Assembly: GCA_001787205.1 (NCBI GenBank)
Contig: MFWB01000008.1
Coordinates: 101,644-165,643, forward strand
From: Candidatus Nomurabacteria bacterium RIFOXYB1_FULL_39_16
GTDB lineage: Bacteria > Patescibacteriota > Minisyncoccia > Phycocordibacterales > UBA9973
DNA length: 64,000 nt
Direction: 5' to 3'
Shown in pieces: positions 30,983 to 40,464 of the stretch. Every line of letters starts with the position of its first letter. The first letter of the stretch is position 1. The translations under genes and the position numbers were made by a program. The notes below the pieces were generated by a model. The model did not search any database. It worked only from the letters and a program-made list of their open reading frames with translations, and was not told the origin of the DNA.

Positions 30983-32227
30983 ATGACTTCAATTTTGAAT
31001 GTGATATTATATATCCTGACTTTTTTATCTGTCTACGTGCAGGTGTTTTTCTTCGTTACTTTTCTGGAAAATAGGAAAAAAATAATCATTCGTAATAGCA
31101 AGACTAAACTGATCTCTTATCCGTCCGTGACTATCGTCGTGCCTTGCTGGAACGAAGAGGGTACTGTGGCGAAAACAGTGCATTCTCTTTTGGATCTGGA
31201 TTATCCTCAAGACAAAGTAAAAATATTTCTCATCAACGACGGGTCCACTGATGATACTAAAAATGTCATAGACAAATTCGCGGAAATTCCCAATATAAAA
31301 GTTTTTCATAAAGAAAACGGAGGCAAGTTTACCGCCCTCAACCTCGGGTTGGAAAAGTCGGAAACTGATTTCTTCGGATGTCTGGATGCTGATTCTTTTG
31401 TGGACCCGGAAGCCCTCGTCCGCATTATGAGTTATTTTGAAAAAGATTCTCTGACTATGGCGGTTGCTCCAGCAGTGGTGGTGCACAATCCAAGAAGCAT
31501 TGTCCAGTTCGCGCAACAGACGGATTATAGTATGGGTCTCTTCTTTAAAAAAATGCTCGGTTTTTTGGGGGCTATCAACGTTACTCCTGGACCATTTACC
31601 ATTTTTCGTAAAAAAGTTTTCAACGACCTTGGACCCTACAAACATGCGCACAGCACAGAAGATATGGAGATTGCTTATAGAATGCAAAAGCACAACTATA
31701 AGATAGAAAACTGCAATGACGCGTTTGTTTATACCAACACTCCGGAAACGATTAAAAAGCTTTATAAACAAAGGCTGCGCTGGATTTATGGTTTTCTAAA
31801 CAATACTCTAGATTACCGAGGCGTTCTATTTAGGAGAAAATACGGCAATTTCGCGCTTTTTACCTTGCCTATGGGGGTCATTTCCATATTTTCCGTCAGT
31901 TATCTCTTCGGCAAGATAGTCTATGACGTGGGGCATTTCTTTTATTTTAAAGTTCTGCAATTTAAAGCAGTCGGTTTCAATTTTAAAGTAAGTAATTTTA
32001 ATTTTGATCCATTTTTCATAAATACAGAATCTTTTATTTTCTTGATAATTGTCGTCTATTCCTTGGTGATGTTCGCCATTCTCTTCGGCAGGAAAATGGC
32101 GAAGGAAAAAAATATTTTCTCTCTTAATATGCTTTACTTCTTTCCGATTTTCGGCATTGTCGCTCCGCTGTGGTTTCTGAAAGCGATTTATAATACGATT
32201 TTATCAAGGAAGCCATCTTGGAGATAA
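30983..32227 (+). CDS. GT2 processive glycosyltransferase (PgaC/IcaA-like)
   Basis: VPCWNEE, DGSTD, GGKFTALN, DADS, TED, QRLRW motifs plus TM helices. Confidence 0.9.
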   Translation: MTSILNVILYILTFLSVYVQVFFFVTFLENRKKIIIRNSKTKLISYPSVTIVVPCWNEEGTVAKTVHSLLDLDYPQDKVKIFLINDGSTDDTKNVIDKFAEIPNIKVFHKENGGKFTALNLGLEKSETDFFGCLDADSFVDPEALVRIMSYFEKDSLTMAVAPAVVVHNPRSIVQFAQQTDYSMGLFFKKMLGFLGAINVTPGPFTIFRKKVFNDLGPYKHAHSTEDMEIAYRMQKHNYKIENCNDAFVYTNTPETIKKLYKQRLRWIYGFLNNTLDYRGVLFRRKYGNFALFTLPMGVISIFSVSYLFGKIVYDVGHFFYFKVLQFKAVGFNFKVSNFNFDPFFINTESFIFLIIVVYSLVMFAILFGRKMAKEKNIFSLNMLYFFPIFGIVAPLWFLKAIYNTILSRKPSWR

Positions 32228-32235
32228 AATAGACC

Positions 32236-32307
32236 TGTCCCGTACTAAATTTTTGATTACGGGACATAAAGATAAAGATTATTAATTAAAATTTTAGTAC
32301 TGGGATG
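32236..32307. repeat. CCCGT...ACGGG-type palindromic element
   Basis: TGTCCCGTA...TACGGGACA hairpin, plus an inverted partial copy AAATTTTAGTACTGGGATG that supplies the next ATG. Confidence 0.55.
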
Positions 32308-33009
32308 AACAACAACATTGATTGGAAAAAATACTTAATTGTGCTCTTGATAACCACGGGCCTTTTCTTTACTGCCATTTACTTGAGTAATTATTTCGGC
32401 GATAAAAAAATCAATCAATTGAAAACCATTCAGGACCAGATAGCCATAGACATTCTTTCTTCGGAAACTCAATTTTCCTTGCTTTCAGAGCTTTCTTGCA
32501 AGAACATCTCTGATGCCGTATTTTCCAGTGAGTTAGCGGAACTAGGCAATAAGCTTGAGTGGAGTCAAGAGAATCTGGGTGCTACTTCCGAGGTGTCTTA
32601 TCTGAAAAAGTATTATTCATTGTTGCAAATTAAAGACTATCTTTTAGCTAAAAGAATTTCCGCTCGCTGTGGAGTGAAATCTGCGTTTATTCTTTATTTC
32701 TATACAACGGCTGTCAACTGCACTTTGTGTCAAGAGGAGAGTCTCGTGCTCTCCACCTTGCGCGCGAAATATCCGGAACTTCGCGTGTATTCTTTTGATT
32801 ACAGTACCGACCTCTCGGCCGTTACCTCTATGCTCCAAATTTATAAAATAAAAGATACAGCGCTACCTGCAATGGTGATAGATGATAGTGTATTTTCCGG
32901 GTTTCAAACCTTGGAAAATCTTGAGGCTTACATAAAAGGATCCTTTAAGCTTCAAGAATCGGCAACGCCGGCAGGGAACAGTAAAAGCAGTCCCGCAAAA
33001 AGTTTGTAA
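32305..33009 (+). CDS. Membrane-anchored hypothetical protein with C-terminal thioredoxin-like CxxC
   Basis: N-terminal TM; ILYFY...NCTLCQ...LRVYSFD...LPAMVI. Confidence 0.7.
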   Translation: MNNNIDWKKYLIVLLITTGLFFTAIYLSNYFGDKKINQLKTIQDQIAIDILSSETQFSLLSELSCKNISDAVFSSELAELGNKLEWSQENLGATSEVSYLKKYYSLLQIKDYLLAKRISARCGVKSAFILYFYTTAVNCTLCQEESLVLSTLRAKYPELRVYSFDYSTDLSAVTSMLQIYKIKDTALPAMVIDDSVFSGFQTLENLEAYIKGSFKLQESATPAGNSKSSPAKSL

Positions 33010-33086
33010 TTTAGAATACGGGTCGGGCAGGGCACATCGTTGTCCCGCCCGTTTTCTTTTTTATATAAAATTTAAACCGAGAGAAT

Positions 33087-33506
33087 TTAATTTTTAATAT
33101 ATTTTTTCATTCTCCACTTTCTACCTTTTCCTTTATTCATATTTTTATAAAAAGGAGTGAGCGCGTGACAATTGGGACAGAGTAACCTCAAATTATTTTC
33201 CAGATTGTTTTCAGAATTACCGTCTATGTGATCAACTTCAAGTGGTATCACTCCGGTTAGAGGATGTTTTTTGTGCCAGCCACAAAAGGAACACTTATTA
33301 GCATATTTTTCAAATAAATACTTTTTAAGCCAATTTGCCAAATTTCTTGCGGTTATTCCAATTTCACCACTTAATTTTCCCTTTTTCCATAAATCAACAT
33401 TTGTTCTGTATTCTAAATTACGCTGACACTTATTAGAGCAAAATTTTATTTTATGTCTAACTAAAAGTTTGGTTCCACATCCGGCGCAAAATCTTAAGTT
33501 TTTCAT
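33087..33506 (-). CDS. HNH endonuclease
   Basis: CSFCGW...LEVDHIDGNSENNLENNLRLLCPNCH; N-terminal CAGC...FCSNKC. Confidence 0.9.
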   Translation of the reverse strand: MKNLRFCAGCGTKLLVRHKIKFCSNKCQRNLEYRTNVDLWKKGKLSGEIGITARNLANWLKKYLFEKYANKCSFCGWHKKHPLTGVIPLEVDHIDGNSENNLENNLRLLCPNCHALTPFYKNMNKGKGRKWRMKKYIKN

Positions 33507-33695
33507 TCCTTAAGTATACCATAACCAATAGGTATATGGTGGTCTACATGGCATAAAATCAACTCAATCTTTTTAAAATAATATTTTGATTTTAGGAGAA
33601 TATATGCTATCGTGGAAAGACGGTAAGCCAGTATAGCTGTTTTAGTAGGTATCATTAGAGAAAAAAAGAAGTCGGTTTTTAAAAAATAAATAGTT

Positions 33696-33768
33696 GCCGG
33701 CATAGCTCAGTTGGTAGAGCATTCGCTTTGTAAGCGAAATGTCCGGGGTTCGATCCCTCGTGCCGGCT
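33696..33768 (+). tRNA. tRNA-Thr(TGT)
   Basis: GCCGGCA/TGCCGGC acceptor stem, TAGCTCAGTTGGTAGAGC D-arm, TTCGC-TTTGTAA-GCGAA anticodon arm, GGTTCGATCC T-loop. Confidence 0.96.
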
Positions 33769-33779
33769 CAATTTTTTTC

Positions 33780-34184
33780 TTACGAATTTCTTTCCTCCTC
33801 CTCTTCCGCTACTCTATGCTTTATTTCTCTGACTTTACGCTTATAGTCTGACACAGTCTTTAAAAATCTGGAAACCTCTTTCTTGCCTCTTTTTATTATG
33901 TGCTCTTTTCGTTTGTTTTCTATTTCTGTCAGTATTTTCTCGTATTTGTCTTTTATGAAGTTAGAAGAACGGACATAGAGTCTGATGGTTGCCACCAATG
34001 CCAAGTAGCTGTGTCTCTTGGCACCCCTTACGGTCAGGTGCTTCCATTCTTCTATGTAGGGGACTTCCAAGAAAATTTCCTTCCCTTGTTCTATTTGCGC
34101 ATCTTGAAGCACCAGCATTTTCCTGCCAATCATGAAGGCTATCCCGGATAGTGATATAAAAAATAAAGCTAAAAGAAAATACAT
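33780..34184 (-). CDS. Hypothetical membrane-anchored protein
   Basis: ORF with N-terminal hydrophobic helix, co-oriented after tsf. Confidence 0.7.
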   Translation of the reverse strand: MYFLLALFFISLSGIAFMIGRKMLVLQDAQIEQGKEIFLEVPYIEEWKHLTVRGAKRHSYLALVATIRLYVRSSNFIKDKYEKILTEIENKRKEHIIKRGKKEVSRFLKTVSDYKRKVREIKHRVAEEEEERNS

Positions 34185-34198
34185 ATTTTTTTTGTTTT

Positions 34199-34978
34199 TT
34201 ATATTGAGTAACGCTTTACTTCTTTGATTTTTGCTCCAGCTTTCTCTAAAAGTTTACCCACAGTCTGTTCTCCATCTTTAATGAATGACTGGTCCAAGAG
34301 AGTCTTTTCTTTGAAATAAGTCGCCATTTTCCCGAGCAACATTTTCTCTTTTATCTCTGCAGGCTTATCTACACCCGCAACCTCCTTTTCAAAGATTTCT
34401 CTCATTGTTTTTTTGACATCTTCGGTTATTTCCTCTTGTGAGATGTATTCCGGCCTCATGGCGGTCACATGCATAGCTATATCACGAGCGAGCTCTGTGG
34501 AGCCTCCTGTCAGGCTTACAATGACGCCTGTCTTGTTGTTGTGGACATAACTGCCGATAACTTCTCCAGATACTAGAAAGGCCTCTCCTAGCTGGATATT
34601 CTCTCCGGTTTTCTGGATTATCGGGTCTATCATATCTTTCGCTTCAGCCGTCATCTTCTCTATGCCTTCCAGGAAGGCTTTTTCTGTCAGTCCATCAAGC
34701 AGTTTGGTAAAATCTTCATTCCTAGCCACGAAATCAGTTTCACAATGCAAAGACACCAAGACTGCCTTTTTACCGTCTGTCTTAATGGAGACTCTTCCGT
34801 CTTTCACCTCACGGCTCACTTTTTTCAAAGCGATATCCGAACTGGTTTTCTTTAAAATTGCTAACGCTTTGTTCATATCGCCCTCTGCTTCTTCCAGGGC
34901 GCGCTTGCACTGCATCACAGAAATGCCGGTTGTATCGCGGAGCTCTTTAATTTGTTCTGTTGTTATTTGTGTTGACAT
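34199..34978 (-). CDS. tsf: Elongation factor Ts
   Basis: IKELRDTTGISVMQCKRALEEAEGD, CETDFVARN, DIAMHV; start corrected to MSTQIT. Confidence 0.96.
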   Translation of the reverse strand: MSTQITTEQIKELRDTTGISVMQCKRALEEAEGDMNKALAILKKTSSDIALKKVSREVKDGRVSIKTDGKKAVLVSLHCETDFVARNEDFTKLLDGLTEKAFLEGIEKMTAEAKDMIDPIIQKTGENIQLGEAFLVSGEVIGSYVHNNKTGVIVSLTGGSTELARDIAMHVTAMRPEYISQEEITEDVKKTMREIFEKEVAGVDKPAEIKEKMLLGKMATYFKEKTLLDQSFIKDGEQTVGKLLEKAGAKIKEVKRYSI

Positions 34979-35024
34979 TGATTTTGCGAAATCACGTCGC
35001 GCAAGTCGATTAGGCGCGACGCTC

Positions 35025-35750
35025 TTATTTTTTCTCTGGTAAAGATGTTTGACCTTCTTTGTAAGCGTTACCGATGGCGGTAACGAAAAATTTAATGGAT
35101 GGGATGCCGGCGTCGTTTGCCACGATAGGGTAGTCAAGGCTTTTAATGTTTGAATCAGAATTTACTAAAGCGATTACCGGAATGCCGGATTTTCTAGCTT
35201 CAGTGGAGGCAATGTGTTCGCTTCTGGCATCTATGACGAATAATGCGTCCGGAGCTTTTTTCAAGCCAATCAATCCGGAATAGTACCTGGTGAGCTTCTC
35301 CATTTTCTTAGCCATTACCACACGTTCTTTCTTAGTGTATTTATCCAGTCCGCCAGTGGTGCTGTCTTTGCGATAATTTTCCAGTTCGGTTATTCTCTTT
35401 TTTATTTCAGTGAAATTAGAAAGCGTACCCCCGATCCATCTCTCCGTGACGTAAGGCATATTCAAGGATTCTGCCATATCTTTGGTGGTTACTTTCGCTT
35501 CCGGTTTGGTACCTACGAAAAGGACGGTTTTATTCTGGGCTCCGAGATTTTTTACAAATAGAAGAGCGGATTCCAACATTATGGTGGTCTTTTCCAGGTT
35601 GATTATATCCACTTTATTTTTGGTAGCGTATATGTACTTTGAGACAGAAGGGTGTCTTCTGGTCTTGCTGTAGCCGTAATGCGCCCCGGCCTTAAACATC
35701 TTTTCTACGATTGTATCGTTACTTTCCTGCGTGTTTTTTACTTTTTGCAT
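35025..35750 (-). CDS. rpsB: 30S ribosomal protein S2
   Basis: AGAHYG, LFVGTK, RWIGGTLSNF, PIVANDA; start corrected to MQKVK. Confidence 0.96.
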   Translation of the reverse strand: MQKVKNTQESNDTIVEKMFKAGAHYGYSKTRRHPSVSKYIYATKNKVDIINLEKTTIMLESALLFVKNLGAQNKTVLFVGTKPEAKVTTKDMAESLNMPYVTERWIGGTLSNFTEIKKRITELENYRKDSTTGGLDKYTKKERVVMAKKMEKLTRYYSGLIGLKKAPDALFVIDARSEHIASTEARKSGIPVIALVNSDSNIKSLDYPIVANDAGIPSIKFFVTAIGNAYKEGQTSLPEKK

Positions 35751-35801
35751 ATGAATTAATATAGCAGAAGACCCATGCTTTTGCAACCGCGCCCACCAAC
35801 C

Positions 35802-35832
35802 CAAAATTGCTAGGTCTTGCCTAGCAATTTTG
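35802..35832. repeat. REP-like hairpin copy A
   Basis: CAAAATTGCTAGG-TCTTG-CCTAGCAATTTTG (13-bp perfect stem). Confidence 0.9.
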
Positions 35833-35847
35833 CAATTTAGTTTTCCC

Positions 35848-35878
35848 TTGCCAAAGTCCTGCGGGGGGGGGGTATTAT
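35848..35878 (+). promoter_or_regulatory. Sigma-70-like promoter with a G10 tract in the spacer
   Basis: TTGCCA-aagtcctgc-GGGGGGGGGG-TATTAT; spacer is 19 nt. Confidence 0.65.
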
Positions 35879-35939
35879 TAGTTGGATTGATATTATCAAC
35901 TCAACTTTTTTTCTTTTTAAATTAACAAGAATTTTAAGC

Positions 35940-38900
35940 ATGAATTACATATATCGCGCAATGGAGAACTTCCGTTTTAAATATCTTAGTGTTCTTGTTT
36001 TTATTGCCATCGGAGCATTCTTCTTCGGTTTTATTAAACCTGCAAGCGCAACTACTTTTTATGTTTCTCCTTCTGGATCAAACACATCCCCATATGATAC
36101 ATGGGCAAAGGCCGCCAATTTACCCTCCACAGTGATTACTGCCGGTAATTCATTAGCAGGACCTCACACAGCTTATATCGCTCCCGGTACATATGTTGGT
36201 AGTATTGCAATAACGGGGGTGAACTGGGCTGGGGGAACAATTTTTGGCACCTCTGCGCATGGTTCCACTAGTCCTGCAACTTTCGGCCAAGTAAATATAA
36301 GTCCAACTACGGGAGTAGCATTGACGTCTGGAAGAGCTGACCAAACAATTGAATATATATCAGCGACAAGTCCAGATAACGCTGTATTAAGTATAGGGTC
36401 TACTAATTTTTATGGAAAGGGTTTGTATTTACACGATGGAACAAATTTGGTTTTTCTTCCTTATTTGGCTACTAGTGCAACAATAGAATATTCAAAAATA
36501 TTAGGGAACAGTGATAATTTGGGTGTTGTGAGTTCTTCAAGTAATAACTTAACATTTAATTATTGTTTATTTGGAAATAGTGAAACTAATCTTTTTGGGA
36601 AAGGCACGGCTTCATCAAGGAATGGAATCGTACAATTAGGAAGTGGTATTTTGACTGTTAATAACAGTAGTCTTTTAGAGGCCAGGGCAAGCAATTTAGT
36701 GAATGAAGGTGCTGGATCTGTTGTTGCCAATAACAATATTATTGTTCCTGGTAGTGACTTCAATAACTACTATGGCATAAGTAGAATCAGTGGAACTATG
36801 AGTGTTAATAATAGTGCCCTTATAGGTAATATGCAGTATCCATCGTCTATACGAGGTGGAACAATAACAGAACAAAACAATTTAGATAACCCAAAAATAA
36901 ATTTTGTTCATTATCCAAGACAGGCGTTTGTTGTCCCGTCAGTGGATGACACATCGGGTGCTCCTTATGCAAAGGATTTGTCGGATGAATTATTAAGTCG
37001 TGGACAAGGAGGGACATTTTATGTAAATAATACTGGGCTTTCTACTTATCAAAGTACTATACAAGAAATCATAAATGACGGAGCTGTGGAGATTCAGGGA
37101 CACAGTAGGAGTCATGATAAAATGACTTATTCAGGTCCGCTTTATACCATAACTAAAGCGGGAGAAACAATAAATATAGACAGGAGTGGTGACACAATTA
37201 GTATTTCTAATACCGGAACAGTATCAGGGTTTAAATCAAAAACGTTACAAGTCATTTCAGCTGAGCTGGTCGCCATGGGAGCCACAGTCAGTGCATTAGC
37301 TTCTTCTGACATTACAGTTAATTCTTTGGGAGAAATTATTGCCGATAGTTCTGGCGCCCAAGCATCTCCTTACATTTCCCAAGTTCTGATTGACCCGACT
37401 GGGGATACTGGTTTCTATTACTCAGAAATAGTTTCTGCTGCAAGTGAATTAGCAACGGCGCTCGGGGTTCCCATAGATATTTTTGCTCCTCCCTATGGAA
37501 GCACAAATGATAATGTAAAAAATATTTGCCAGGCGAAAGGATTTAGAGCTTGCAGAGCTGGTAGTGATTGGGAACTGAAGAGTTTAGATTTACAAAGCTT
37601 AAGATATTTTTTAGTTTCAAACATTGTTGGAGTTGACGATGCAGAGACTGCTGCAAAAACTCGTTCTTTTGCTCATACGGCATTAAAAGTAGGAGGGTTA
37701 ATTAGTTTGTTGGGGCACAGTACATCTGAAGCGACCATTCAGCAATGGTCAGTTGTTTTAGATACTCTTAAAAATGAATTTCCCCAAATTCAAGTAACCA
37801 AGATGAGCACAGCTATAGATGAAATTAGAGACGGCGCTACTTGGGCCACTTCCGACAATAGAACGTATACTCGTTCTTGGAATGATTCTTCAGCTAACTA
37901 TAATCTCTCTTATAACTCTGAATTAATTGATGTCGGAATAGATGTTGGACTTACCGGCGATCTCGCAGGCAACCCTATTTACGGCACTCCTGACATCGGA
38001 GCATACGAATACCAACCACCACACGATATAACTTTAGCAACTCCAGACACTATAGACATAGGAGCGGGTGCGAGAATCTATGCTAACGGAAAATTTCGGG
38101 ATCTAGGAACAACGAATGCAACACCAGCCAGCTTAAAAATAACTCCAGCTAGTGGAAGTTTCACTGTTTATGGTGCAATCGATACAAAACCCGCTTGGCT
38201 TGATGTGACAAATATTTTAAACTGGACCAATACTCACAAAACCTGGACTGAGGGGAATGCCGTTGCGGGTCTAACCAACACGTTACATGTTGTAGGAGAT
38301 TTGAATGCCGACAAATATTATAATGTCAAATTAGATGATGTTTTAGGACAAAATATTACAGGAAATGATTGTACTGGAGGAATTTGTAAAGCGAACTCCT
38401 CGGGTGAAATTACCTTTACCTATACTGGCACTTATTCTGATCACATCTTTGATGTGACAGAAGAAGCGATCGCCCCCACCAACGTCGGCATCTCTTCTGT
38501 GGTAGTTGACTCAACCTCCAAATTAACCATTACAGCCCAAACAGCCGTGGATTCTGGCTCAGGTCTACACACTACTCCATATTGGTTTTCTGAAACATCA
38601 GGCAATGCAGGAAGTTCTTCTTCCTCTGATTGGCAAGCTTCAACCACATTCATTGACGATGACTTGTCTTGCAGTACGCAATATACATACAAGGTTAAAG
38701 TAAGAGATGCAAATGGAAACGAGTCCGCTTTCTCTGATCCAGTCTCTGTTTCAACTGACGGTTGTTCTAGCAGTGGTTCTCGCACTACCAGAAGAGTAAC
38801 CATTCCTTCCACTCCTGTTGCTCCTACCATTACCCCCAATCCTTTGCTAAGCTCTGAACCATCGGTCTACAATTTCGGTCCCGTAGTCCTTAAACAAAAG

Positions 38901-39095
38901 AGTAGGGGAGAAGCGGTAAAAGAATTACAGAGATTTTTAAATGCTAACCTAAACCTAGGTTTAATAGTAGATGGTATTTTCGGTCCGAAAACTCTGGCTG
39001 TGATAAAACAATGGCAAAAAGATAACGGACTAGTGGTAGATGGATTGGTGGGTCCGAAGACGAAAGTGAAGATGAATTTAGTTAATAAGAATTAG
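35940..39095 (+). CDS. Large secreted multidomain protein: beta-helix, polysaccharide deacetylase (NodB-like), choice-of-anchor Q-like, FN3, peptidoglycan-binding domains
   Basis: Signal peptide ...PASA|TTFYVSP; SVDD...HSRSH...APPYG; DLAGNPIYGTPDIGAYEY; YTYKVKVRDANGNES; RGEAVKELQRFLN...DGIFGPKT. Confidence 0.8.
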   Translation: MNYIYRAMENFRFKYLSVLVFIAIGAFFFGFIKPASATTFYVSPSGSNTSPYDTWAKAANLPSTVITAGNSLAGPHTAYIAPGTYVGSIAITGVNWAGGTIFGTSAHGSTSPATFGQVNISPTTGVALTSGRADQTIEYISATSPDNAVLSIGSTNFYGKGLYLHDGTNLVFLPYLATSATIEYSKILGNSDNLGVVSSSSNNLTFNYCLFGNSETNLFGKGTASSRNGIVQLGSGILTVNNSSLLEARASNLVNEGAGSVVANNNIIVPGSDFNNYYGISRISGTMSVNNSALIGNMQYPSSIRGGTITEQNNLDNPKINFVHYPRQAFVVPSVDDTSGAPYAKDLSDELLSRGQGGTFYVNNTGLSTYQSTIQEIINDGAVEIQGHSRSHDKMTYSGPLYTITKAGETINIDRSGDTISISNTGTVSGFKSKTLQVISAELVAMGATVSALASSDITVNSLGEIIADSSGAQASPYISQVLIDPTGDTGFYYSEIVSAASELATALGVPIDIFAPPYGSTNDNVKNICQAKGFRACRAGSDWELKSLDLQSLRYFLVSNIVGVDDAETAAKTRSFAHTALKVGGLISLLGHSTSEATIQQWSVVLDTLKNEFPQIQVTKMSTAIDEIRDGATWATSDNRTYTRSWNDSSANYNLSYNSELIDVGIDVGLTGDLAGNPIYGTPDIGAYEYQPPHDITLATPDTIDIGAGARIYANGKFRDLGTTNATPASLKITPASGSFTVYGAIDTKPAWLDVTNILNWTNTHKTWTEGNAVAGLTNTLHVVGDLNADKYYNVKLDDVLGQNITGNDCTGGICKANSSGEITFTYTGTYSDHIFDVTEEAIAPTNVGISSVVVDSTSKLTITAQTAVDSGSGLHTTPYWFSETSGNAGSSSSSDWQASTTFIDDDLSCSTQYTYKVKVRDANGNESAFSDPVSVSTDGCSSSGSRTTRRVTIPSTPVAPTITPNPLLSSEPSVYNFGPVVLKQKSRGEAVKELQRFLNANLNLGLIVDGIFGPKTLAVIKQWQKDNGLVVDGLVGPKTKVKMNLVNKN

Positions 39096-39127
39096 TTGAT
39101 TTTGTGTTATAAGTCAGCACTTAATTG

Positions 39128-39646
39128 ATGATGAAAATAAAACAAAAAGGTTTTACCCTAATAGAGTTGTTGGTGGTCGTGGCAATCATCGGGCTTTTGT
39201 CGTCTATTGTTTTAACTTCTGTTAATTCCGCAAGGAAAAAAGCTCGTGATGCTAGAACCTTAGAGGATGTGCGTCAGATTACCCTTGCTCTTAATATGGT
39301 GCGTGATGCGAGTCCAACTTATAGCTGGCCGGGAGTATCAGGCTGGCAGTGTCTAAAAGCGAGTGGAAGCTGTTGGAGGAATTCATATGCGGGGAACAGT
39401 ACAATAGGAAATGCTCTTTTGCCTTTTATGCCCGAGATTCCCAAAACACAAAATCCGAATGCTGGTTATTATGCTTATGATTCATATTTGTATAATCGAG
39501 CTTTTCCTGGCGCGGCAGGCAGTCCTGCGGGGGCGTATATCATATATGCTCTTGAAGGGGGTGATTTTTCTACTAAATGCAATGGATTTTATGCTGGGCA
39601 ATTAGAGACAGGTTACTGGTATTGTTATTTTTGGATAGGGAATTAA
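39128..39646 (+). CDS. Type IV pilin-like protein
   Basis: QKG|FTLIELLVVVAIIGLLS, ARKKARDAR, C-terminal cysteines. Confidence 0.9.
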   Translation: MMKIKQKGFTLIELLVVVAIIGLLSSIVLTSVNSARKKARDARTLEDVRQITLALNMVRDASPTYSWPGVSGWQCLKASGSCWRNSYAGNSTIGNALLPFMPEIPKTQNPNAGYYAYDSYLYNRAFPGAAGSPAGAYIIYALEGGDFSTKCNGFYAGQLETGYWYCYFWIGN

Positions 39647-39654
39647 TTTTTTAA

Positions 39655-39721
39655 TCCTGACAAGGTTTAACTTTGTCAGGAAATATGTTTTTTACTGATA
39701 TTGCTAGGTCTTGCCTAGCAA
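39655..39721. repeat. Two REP-like hairpins (including copy B)
   Basis: TCCTGACAAGG-TTTAA-CTTTGTCAGGA (39655-39681) and TTGCTAGG-TCTTG-CCTAGCAA (39701-39721), the latter containing the transposase stop codon. Confidence 0.85.
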
Positions 39722-40374
39722 GTTTTATAGTTCAGCCATTCAAAAATTTCTTTTTGAAATGATTTGTTGTTTGGGAAATACTCCGGGAAATTTTCTGCGT
39801 TTAATATTTTATTTTGGATTCTTTTTATGCCTAAATAATCAAAGTAGCTTGAGTATTTATAGTTTTGTAAATATTCTAAAGCTTCTTTTTTATTTTTAAT
39901 TCCAACCTCCCTCCAATTTTTCTGGATTAGTTTTATTGGGTTCAAATGAATATATGAGAATAAATATTTTAAATATCTATCATTACTCAAGTGTTGAGAT
40001 TTAAACTTACCCTCAAATAATCCACCGGTTCTTTTGTATTTTTTGTTGTAGTACATAGAATATGCAGTACCTAATTTTTGCATAAATTTACTGATACCTT
40101 TTTCCTCTGTTGGGGTGATAAGGATATGAAAATGATTTGGCATCAGACAATAAGCTCCGATGGATACAATTTTTTTACCCCCTTCAAAATCATACGGACT
40201 CTCATTTTTTGCTAGAGTAAAAATTCTAAAACTATTTGTGGAGTTACAGGCATATAAAAGACTTACAAAGCGAGAGTAGTCTTCGTTGTCGTGGAAAATT
40301 TTCTGTTTACTATTGCCACGGTTGTATATGTGGTAATACTCTCCATCGACTAAATTTGCTTCCCTAATAGACAT
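39715..40374 (-). mobile_element. REP-associated tyrosine transposase (RAYT / IS200-like Y1 HUH)
   Basis: YYHIYNRG, AYCLMPNHFHIL (HUH), YSMYYNKKYKRTGGLFEGKF, YIHLNP, YKYSSY; start MSIRE at 40374. Confidence 0.9.
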
Positions 40375-40398
40375 ATAGGCTATTATATACCGGGGAAA

Positions 40399-40419
40399 TT
40401 GCCAGGCAAGACCTAGCAA
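40399..40419. repeat. REP-like hairpin copy C (inverted)
   Basis: TTGCCAGGCAAGACCTAGCAA is the reverse complement of copy B with one mismatch. Confidence 0.88.
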
Positions 40420-40464
40420 CTTTTTATCTTTGACCAAAAGACTTTTTTCGGGTAAGATGCAAGT

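Noticed and set aside
31025-31771. 248-aa antisense ORF inside the glycosyltransferase (and many similar antisense ORFs in rpoBC, rnr and gyrB)
   Set aside because: Shadow frames of well-supported genes with no recognisable motifs
34994-35020. Hairpin CGTCGCGC...GCGCGACG between rpsB and tsf as a novel element
   Set aside because: Single copy; consistent with an ordinary intercistronic attenuator or stability hairpin
12691-39646. Pilin antigenic variation by gene conversion between the two pilin genes
   Set aside because: N-termini are similar in protein but heavily diverged at synonymous sites; both genes are complete
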